Shown one piece after another: positions 37,212 through 43,054 of a stretch of 43,054 nucleotides of DNA. The notes beneath the pieces are model-generated. The model saw only the letters and a list, made by a program, of their open reading frames with translations. It had not been told where the DNA came from and ran no database searches. Origin of the DNA: Anaerolineales bacterium (GTDB taxonomy: Bacteria > Chloroflexota > Anaerolineae > Anaerolineales > Villigracilaceae); assembly GCA_043767565.1 (NCBI GenBank), contig JAYUGV010000020.1:1-43054 (forward strand), written 5' to 3'. Made by a program: the position numbers and the translations under genes. Every line of letters begins with the position of its first letter. The stretch's first letter is position 1.

Positions 37212-38213
37212 ATGAATTCATCAACCGATACCCCTCGTTTTGATTTTGTCAGCCTCGGCGAATCCATGTTGCGGCTGAGTGTGCCAACCGGCAAGAGACT
37301 CGACGACACACGCCTGCTTGATATGGAACTTGCCGGTGCAGAAAGCAATGTCAGTGTGGCGCTGGCGCGATTGGGCTGGCGCGTGGGCTGGGTCAGCCGC
37401 ATGCCAGATCACGCCCTGGCAAATGCCATCCTGCGCGCATTGCGCTCCGATGGTGTGGATATATCCGCAGTGAAGCGCGTACCCGATGAACGACTGGGTA
37501 CATATTTTATCGAATACGCCACCGCCCCACGCGCAACCCAGGTGATCTACGATCGCGCGAACTCGGCTGCTGCGCATATGACCATAGCTGATGTTGATTG
37601 GGATTATCTGTTGGATACACGCGTCTTACATCTCACGGGCATCACAGCGGCGATCAGTGAAAGTTGTTATGCAATATTGGTTGAGGCGATCCGATGTGCG
37701 CGTGCTGCGGGCGTGATGGTCAGCTTCGATGTGAACTTTCGCGCCAAATTATGGTCGGCGGCTACTGCTAGAGAAAAGCTACGTCCGCTCATTGCAGAAG
37801 CCGATTTATTATTGTGCAAAGGTACAGATGCCGCGGCTCTGTTTGGATGTCAGGGCGAACCACGTCAACTGATGGCTGAGTTGCAAAAGTTAACTCGTGC
37901 CTCTGCCCTCTTCTGCACGTTCGGTGAAAAGGGCGCGGCATTATTGAGCGGCGACGAATTCGTAACGCAGCCTGCGCTCCCTGTTCAGATCGTTGACCGG
38001 ATCGGCAGTGGTGATGCGTTTGCGGCTGGCGTGCTCGATGGCTGGCTGGCAGGTGACGCATCTGCAAAAAACACTTCTGCTTTACGCGAGGGCTTGAAGC
38101 ACGGCGTAGCGTTGGCAGCCATTGCGTTGTCACAATTTGGGGATCGAGTCTTATCATCGCGCACCGAACTGAATGCGGCGTTGGCAGCCGAGCGGCTCGA
38201 TATTTCGCGTTAG
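37212..38213 (+). CDS. kdgK: 2-keto-3-deoxygluconate kinase (PfkB family)
   Basis: GESMLRL, GAESNV, YDR, FDVNFR and DRIGSGDAF. Confidence 0.85.
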   Translation: MNSSTDTPRFDFVSLGESMLRLSVPTGKRLDDTRLLDMELAGAESNVSVALARLGWRVGWVSRMPDHALANAILRALRSDGVDISAVKRVPDERLGTYFIEYATAPRATQVIYDRANSAAAHMTIADVDWDYLLDTRVLHLTGITAAISESCYAILVEAIRCARAAGVMVSFDVNFRAKLWSAATAREKLRPLIAEADLLLCKGTDAAALFGCQGEPRQLMAELQKLTRASALFCTFGEKGAALLSGDEFVTQPALPVQIVDRIGSGDAFAAGVLDGWLAGDASAKNTSALREGLKHGVALAAIALSQFGDRVLSSRTELNAALAAERLDISR

Positions 38214-38222
38214 GAGAAAAGC

Positions 38223-38852
38223 ATGTCTGCCATTCAAGAAATTCTTGCAAAAAAAGTTGTGGCTGTTGTAAGGCTGGATAATTACAACCGTGCCGTGGAT
38301 GTGGCACGGGCGCTCGTCGCAGGCGGTGTGACCGTGTTGGAATTTACGCTCACGGGTCGCGGCGCCATTGAAGCTGTTTCAGCGACTCGAAAAGCTTTGG
38401 GCGACGCTGCCTGTGTGGGTGTAGGAACAGTTCTAAAGGCGGAGGATGCGGAGGCGGCGATCGATGCGGGCGCGGAATTTCTAGTCACGCCTGCCGTCCG
38501 CCATCAAGTCATCGCGACCTGTGTTAAACGTCAAACTTTAATTCTGTGCGGTGGGTTGACGCCCACTGAATTATTGGAAGCGCACGAGGCAGGCGCTGAA
38601 ATGGTGAAAGTGTTTCCCGCCCAATCAGGCGGACCGAATTTCATTAAAAATGTACTTGCCCCCATGCCCTTCTTAAAGTTAGTGCCCACCGGCGGAGTCA
38701 GCCCAGAGAACGCGCGTGATTATTTGGCGGCTGGTGCGGTGGCAGTTGGCATCGGCGGAAATTTGGTTTCCAACAAACTCGTGGCAGCAGAAGCGTTCGA
38801 TCAGATCACGCTGACAGCCCGGGCTTGTATGGCTGCCATTGGCGCAAGTTGA
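38223..38852 (+). CDS. eda: KDPG/KHG aldolase
   Basis: VAVVR, LEFT, GVGTV, TPTE, VKVFPA and PTGGV. Confidence 0.92.
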   Translation: MSAIQEILAKKVVAVVRLDNYNRAVDVARALVAGGVTVLEFTLTGRGAIEAVSATRKALGDAACVGVGTVLKAEDAEAAIDAGAEFLVTPAVRHQVIATCVKRQTLILCGGLTPTELLEAHEAGAEMVKVFPAQSGGPNFIKNVLAPMPFLKLVPTGGVSPENARDYLAAGAVAVGIGGNLVSNKLVAAEAFDQITLTARACMAAIGAS

Positions 38853-38936
38853 GCATTTGGATTTATTGGTATAAATTTATAGAGCTGACTTTAGTTGTAG
38901 CCGATCGTTGAAAATCAATCTACAATGGAGGCTCAA

Positions 38937-40103
38937 ATGAATTCTCGTGAACGTGTCTTGACAGCATTAAATCATAAGGAACCAGACCGGGTTCCTTATG
39001 ATATGGGGGGCACAGTGGTTACCGGCATTCAAGCCAGGGCTTATGCCCGGCTTCGTACATATCTTGGCTTGCCCGAAAAAGAAATCAAGATCATTGATAT
39101 TCTGCAACAACTTGCCCAGGTGGATGACGACGTGATGGAGCGGCTGGGCGTGGATTGTCGCAACATCTCGCCGCGCTCCACTGCCAGTTTTAAAATTGAA
39201 CTCAAGCTAACTCCCGATGGAAAATATAGTTATTTTTACGATGAATATCAAATCGGCTGGCGCATGCCGGTGGATGGCGGTATGTACTACGATATGTTCG
39301 ATCATCCGCTGAGTGGGGAGATCATAGCAAAGAACGTGGAAGATTACATCCTGCCTAACCCGCTCGACCCTTCACGTTTTGAGGGGTTACGTGAGTCTGC
39401 CCTAAAAGTACTGGAACATGAAAAACGCGCCCTGATCATTGGCAATATATCAGCGGGAATTTTTGAATTGTATTTATGGACGCGGGGCTTTAAAGATGGT
39501 TATACCGATTGGGCTGGGAATCCAGAATTAGCCAGGAAGATCTTGCGGAAATACACCGACCTGCAGCTTGCCTATTGGGAACGAATGTTTGAAGTCATGC
39601 AGGGTATTCCCATTGACGTGGTTCAAATGGCTGACGATCTCGCGGGGCAAAACACCGTGCTTATCTCCCCCAACTCATATCGCAAACTGCTCAAGCCCTT
39701 CCACAAGGAAATGTTTGATTACATCCATTCGAAGACCGACGCAAAGATTTTCTTCCATTCCTGCGGAGCCGTCCGCAAACTCATCCCAGACCTGATCGAA
39801 GTGGGCGTGGACATCCTCAATCCTGTGCAGGTTAACGCCGCGGATATGGACTCAGCCGAACTCAAGCGCGAGTTTGGGAAGGAAATTTGTTTCTGGGGCG
39901 GCGGCGTGGATACGCAAAGCGTATTCGACGAAGCGCACACGCCGGAAGAGGTCCGCGCCGATGTTCGCAAGCGCGTCGAAGATCTCATGCCCGGCGGCGG
40001 ATTTGTCTTCAACACGGTCCATAATATTCAGGGGAACGTGCCTCCTGAAAATATTATGGCGATGTGGGAAACTTTGCAACAGTACGGCGTATATACCAAC
40101 TAA
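38937..40103 (+). CDS. Uroporphyrinogen decarboxylase-like / MtaA-CmuA-like methyltransferase family protein
   Basis: MNSRERV...EPDRVP, DEYQIGW, DDLAGQ, FHSCG, GVDILNPVQ, FWGG.VD and GGFVF...HN. GGAGG RBS. Confidence 0.85.
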   Translation: MNSRERVLTALNHKEPDRVPYDMGGTVVTGIQARAYARLRTYLGLPEKEIKIIDILQQLAQVDDDVMERLGVDCRNISPRSTASFKIELKLTPDGKYSYFYDEYQIGWRMPVDGGMYYDMFDHPLSGEIIAKNVEDYILPNPLDPSRFEGLRESALKVLEHEKRALIIGNISAGIFELYLWTRGFKDGYTDWAGNPELARKILRKYTDLQLAYWERMFEVMQGIPIDVVQMADDLAGQNTVLISPNSYRKLLKPFHKEMFDYIHSKTDAKIFFHSCGAVRKLIPDLIEVGVDILNPVQVNAADMDSAELKREFGKEICFWGGGVDTQSVFDEAHTPEEVRADVRKRVEDLMPGGGFVFNTVHNIQGNVPPENIMAMWETLQQYGVYTN

Positions 40104-40113
40104 AGGAGAAATC

Positions 40114-40767
40114 ATGGACCTCAAAAATGTCTCGGAAGCCGTGGTCAATGGCAGCGTTCAAGATGTACAAACGACTGTAAAGGAAGCGCTTGACGCCAAT
40201 ATATCAGCAGAAAAAATTCTCAACGAAGGTCTCATCCCTGGTATGACCGAGGTGGGCTGTCTGTTTGAAGCACAGGAATTTTATGTGCCGGAGATGCTCG
40301 TCTCTGCCAAGGCTATGCAATCGGGTTTGAAAACGCTCAAACCGCTGTTGGCGAGTCAGGCATCTTCATCAGGCGGACAAGTGACTCTCAAAGCCGCCAT
40401 AGGCACAGTGAAAGGCGATCTTCATGATATCGGCAAAGACCTGGTGATCATAATGCTTGAAGGTGCGGGTTTTCAGGTAACTGATCTGGGTGTGAATGTG
40501 CCGCCTGAAAAATTCATTGAAGCCGTTAATGACGGCGCGCAATTGATCGGTCTTTCAGCGATGTTGACAACAACCATGCTTAACATGCGGAGCACTATCG
40601 ACGCATTGAAAGAGGCCGGGGTACGGGATAAAGTGAAAGTGATTGTCGGTGGCGCGCCATTGAACCAGTCATTTTCCGATCAAATCGGAGCGGATGGGTT
40701 TGCCAAAGACGCAAGCTCTGCCGTGCGGAAAGCCAAAGAATTAATGACCACACAGGAGATCTCATGA
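40114..40767 (+). CDS. Corrinoid (cobalamin-binding) methyltransferase cognate protein
   Basis: Cap domain (EFYVPEML), B12 motif GDLHDIGK, GLSAML and VGGAP. An AAGGAG RBS precedes ATG 40114. Confidence 0.92.
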   Translation: MDLKNVSEAVVNGSVQDVQTTVKEALDANISAEKILNEGLIPGMTEVGCLFEAQEFYVPEMLVSAKAMQSGLKTLKPLLASQASSSGGQVTLKAAIGTVKGDLHDIGKDLVIIMLEGAGFQVTDLGVNVPPEKFIEAVNDGAQLIGLSAMLTTTMLNMRSTIDALKEAGVRDKVKVIVGGAPLNQSFSDQIGADGFAKDASSAVRKAKELMTTQEIS

Positions 40768-41750
40768 AAAAACTTCGTTGGGGATTGCTAAGCACGGCCC
40801 GCATCAATGGCGCGTTATTGCCGCCGCTCCGTTCATCGGCTCGCAACATATTGACCGCCGTCGCCAGCCGCGATCTTGAGCGAGCGAAAATCTATGCCGA
40901 TGAACGGAATATTCCGCGCGTCTTTGGCAGTTATGAAGAGCTGCTCGCCGACCCCGACGTGGACGTGATCTACAATCCCCTGCCCAATAGTATGCACACC
41001 GAATGGACCATCAAAGCCGCTCAGGCGGGCAAGCATGTGCTGTGCGAGAAGCCGTTGGCGAACACTGTAGAAGAAGTGGATGCAATTACCGAAGCGGCGA
41101 AAAAAGCTGGTGTCATTGTGATGGAGGCGTTCATGTATCGCCACCATCCGCAAACGCTAAAGGTAAAGGAACTGGTTGATGCGGGAGCCATTGGCAAACT
41201 TCAACTGATTCGCGGATCGTTTACCTTCATGATGCCAGCCGATCGTGAAAACGATGTACGGCTGAACGCGTCGCTCGGCGGCGGCAGTATCTGGGATGTG
41301 GGCTGTTATCCCATTAGTTACGCGCGCTTAATCGCGGGTGCTGAACCGACTGAAGTTTTTGGCTGGCAGGTAACCGGCGCGAATAGCGGCGTGGACGAAT
41401 CATTCTTTGGTCAAATCCACTTTCCTAATCATGTCTACGCTCAATTTGATTGCGGCTTCCGCACACCGCAACGCACCAACATGGAACTGGTCGGGGATCA
41501 AGGCAGCATCACGGTCAAACTACCCTTCACTCCAAAATTAAACGAGGAAATTTTTGTGACGAACGGCGACGAGAAGCGCATCCTCACCATACCCGGTGAG
41601 GATCTGTATCTGGGTGAGGTTGAGAATATGGCTGACGCAATTCTGGAGGGCAAAGCCATCCGCATGAGCCTGGCTGACAGCCGCAATAATGTTGCCACCA
41701 TCCAGGCATTACTGCGTTCCGCTCACGAAGGAAAAACCGTCACGCTGTAA
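40764..41750 (+). CDS. Gfo/Idh/MocA family oxidoreductase (aldose dehydrogenase-like)
   Basis: WGLLSTARI, PLPNSMH, VLCEKP, EAFMYRHHP and GGGSIWDVGCY. Confidence 0.9.
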   Translation: MKKLRWGLLSTARINGALLPPLRSSARNILTAVASRDLERAKIYADERNIPRVFGSYEELLADPDVDVIYNPLPNSMHTEWTIKAAQAGKHVLCEKPLANTVEEVDAITEAAKKAGVIVMEAFMYRHHPQTLKVKELVDAGAIGKLQLIRGSFTFMMPADRENDVRLNASLGGGSIWDVGCYPISYARLIAGAEPTEVFGWQVTGANSGVDESFFGQIHFPNHVYAQFDCGFRTPQRTNMELVGDQGSITVKLPFTPKLNEEIFVTNGDEKRILTIPGEDLYLGEVENMADAILEGKAIRMSLADSRNNVATIQALLRSAHEGKTVTL

Positions 41751-41786
41751 TTACTTAAGCGTTATCAAAAACCCTAATATTCATAT

Positions 41787-41829
41787 AGAGCTTTCGTTCG
41801 CAATCGGTTTATTTGCGAACGAAAGCTCT
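41787..41829. terminator. 17 bp stem hairpin after the Gfo/Idh/MocA gene
   Basis: agagctttcgttcgcaa-N9-ttgcgaacgaaagctct. Confidence 0.75.
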
Positions 41830-41942
41830 GTCATAATTAAACCCATTCTTTAATAAAGTTACATTTATCACTTGTGCATCGTTATAGATAAGTTGTATAA
41901 ATAGGGTGCGAAACTATATCAACTTCACAGATTGGCACAAAA

Positions 41943-43054
41943 ATGTATCCACTACCCAAAAAAAACCATGTCCCCCGAAATCTTTCCCGTCGCGATTTCT
42001 TACGTCTTGCTGGCATTGCGTCCGCGAGTTTGTTGGTAACCAACTGCCAACCTCAAGCCACAGCAGTGACAACCCCGCCGCCGTCCAGTGCCTCTAAAAC
42101 ACCGGTCTCAATCAGCCGTGTGCAAACGTATGACCGAGCCACAATCGAGAAGCAGTTGCAAATATTGATTGATCAACTCGGGGGTCTTGACGACGTAGTC
42201 AAGCCAGGCGACAGTGTCGCTATCAAAACCAATCTGACCGGTGGCGTAAATTCAGGATTGCTCAACGGTATTCCCGCTGAGGAGAGCTACGTCACTCATC
42301 CAGAGGTTGTGCGCGCCTTGGTCAAGCAAGTCCAAGCAGCGGGGGCGAAGGAAATTTTCATAGTCGAGGCCGTCTATGAATGGGAGTCTTATAAACAGTG
42401 GGGCTATGAGGAAATTGCCAGTGACCTCGGCGTAACATTGATCGACCTGAACGACTCCAAGCCTTATAATGATTTCGTGGAGACACCGGTTGGGCCTGAT
42501 AGCCACATTTATGATAAGTTTACCTTCAACAATATATTGAACGACGTGGATGTGTTCATGTCGGTATCCAAGATGAAGAATCATTATCTCGCGGGTGTGA
42601 CGCATACACTGAAGAATCTATATGGTCTCGTGCCATATCGATTCTATCGCTTGAATGAAGAGGATAAATATCGTTCCGGTTTCCATGGTACAGAGGCGCA
42701 AACTCAACAGCGCCTGCCGCGCATCATCGTGGATATCAACCGTGCGCGCCCCATCCATTTTAGTTTGATCGATGGGATCAAGAGCACACAGGGCGGCGAA
42801 GGTCCGTGGATCGAATCGCTGGCTGCGATCGAGCCGGGTTTGTTGATTGCAGGCAAAAACCCAGTCGCCACAGATGCTGTTGCCACGGCTGTCATGGGTC
42901 ACGATCCGACAGGTGAATATCCTGAATCCCCCTTCGTCCGTTGCGTCAATCACCTCAACCTTGCCGCGCAAGCCGGGTTGGGCACAAATCGACTGGATGA
43001 AATTGAAGTGCTTGGAGCGCAGATCGCCGACGTTAAAACCCAATTCATTCCAGC
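41943..43054 (+). CDS. DUF362 domain protein with Tat signal, running off the window end (absent from the ORF track)
   Basis: Manual translation MYPLPKKNHVPRNLSRRDFLRLAG...TNC...VKPGDSVAIKTNL...THPEVV...SKMKNH..GVTHTLKNLYG...IDGI. Confidence 0.85.
   Translation, partial: MYPLPKKNHVPRNLSRRDFLRLAGIASASLLVTNCQPQATAVTTPPPSSASKTPVSISRVQTYDRATIEKQLQILIDQLGGLDDVVKPGDSVAIKTNLTGGVNSGLLNGIPAEESYVTHPEVVRALVKQVQAAGAKEIFIVEAVYEWESYKQWGYEEIASDLGVTLIDLNDSKPYNDFVETPVGPDSHIYDKFTFNNILNDVDVFMSVSKMKNHYLAGVTHTLKNLYGLVPYRFYRLNEEDKYRSGFHGTEAQTQQRLPRIIVDINRARPIHFSLIDGIKSTQGGEGPWIESLAAIEPGLLIAGKNPVATDAVATAVMGHDPTGEYPESPFVRCVNHLNLAAQAGLGTNRLDEIEVLGAQIADVKTQFIP

Noticed and set aside
38853-38936. Cobalamin riboswitch or UxuR-like box upstream of the UroD-like gene
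   Set aside because: The interval is too short and lacks B12-box motifs. The ttggtata match is only a partial half-site.
38937-40103. True uroporphyrinogen decarboxylase (hemE)
   Set aside because: There is no tetrapyrrole gene context, it lacks the HemE RQAGR motif, and it is paired with a corrinoid protein.
39874-40113. N-terminal extension of the corrinoid protein in the ORF track
   Set aside because: It overlaps the upstream gene, and a strong RBS supports ATG 40114.
2136-43043. Numerous 60-230 aa antisense or alternate-frame ORFs (e.g. 3223..3792, 10502..11125, 12903..13568, 30524..31210, 42252..42605, 42618..43043)
   Set aside because: They lie wholly over well-supported genes and have no family motifs or RBS, so they are shadow ORFs.

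Overview
This 43 kb window is almost entirely a carbohydrate and sugar-acid catabolic cluster. The gene style (Pro/Thr/Ala-rich lipoprotein linkers, a family-5 sugar-type SBP, an XRE-STAND-TPR regulator) suggests an Anaerolineae-like Chloroflexota genome, but that is inference. Two arms diverge from a 464 bp control region (31226-31689) that holds a perfect sigma70 promoter. The minus arm encodes an Opp/Dpp-type ABC importer, a DHDPS-family aldolase, a CBM9-like protein, a mutarotase, four enolase-superfamily dehydratases, two UxuA-like dehydratases, an SDR, a frameshifted AKR, an NAD-epimerase, an RraA-like aldolase and a GH5-like lipoprotein. The plus arm encodes a PQQ-type sugar dehydrogenase lipoprotein, a FadR regulator, an NAD-epimerase, a fifth dehydratase, a Tat-signal lactonase, KdgK, Eda, a UroD/MtaA-like protein plus a corrinoid protein, a Gfo/Idh/MocA oxidoreductase and a Tat DUF362 protein. 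The leading novel-system hypothesis is surface oxidation of sugars to acids, a seven-dehydratase funnel into Entner-Doudoroff-type cleavage, and a B12-dependent methyl-transfer module that may demethylate O-methyl sugars. The left 4.5 kb is a decayed integration hotspot. It holds an antiporter pseudogene, two overlapping comM/yifB 3' fragments, the 3' half of a tRNA-Pro(CGG) with att-like symmetry, a perfect 26 bp inverted repeat, and an esterase remnant cut by a MITE-like element. No CRISPR array, integrase or transposase was seen.
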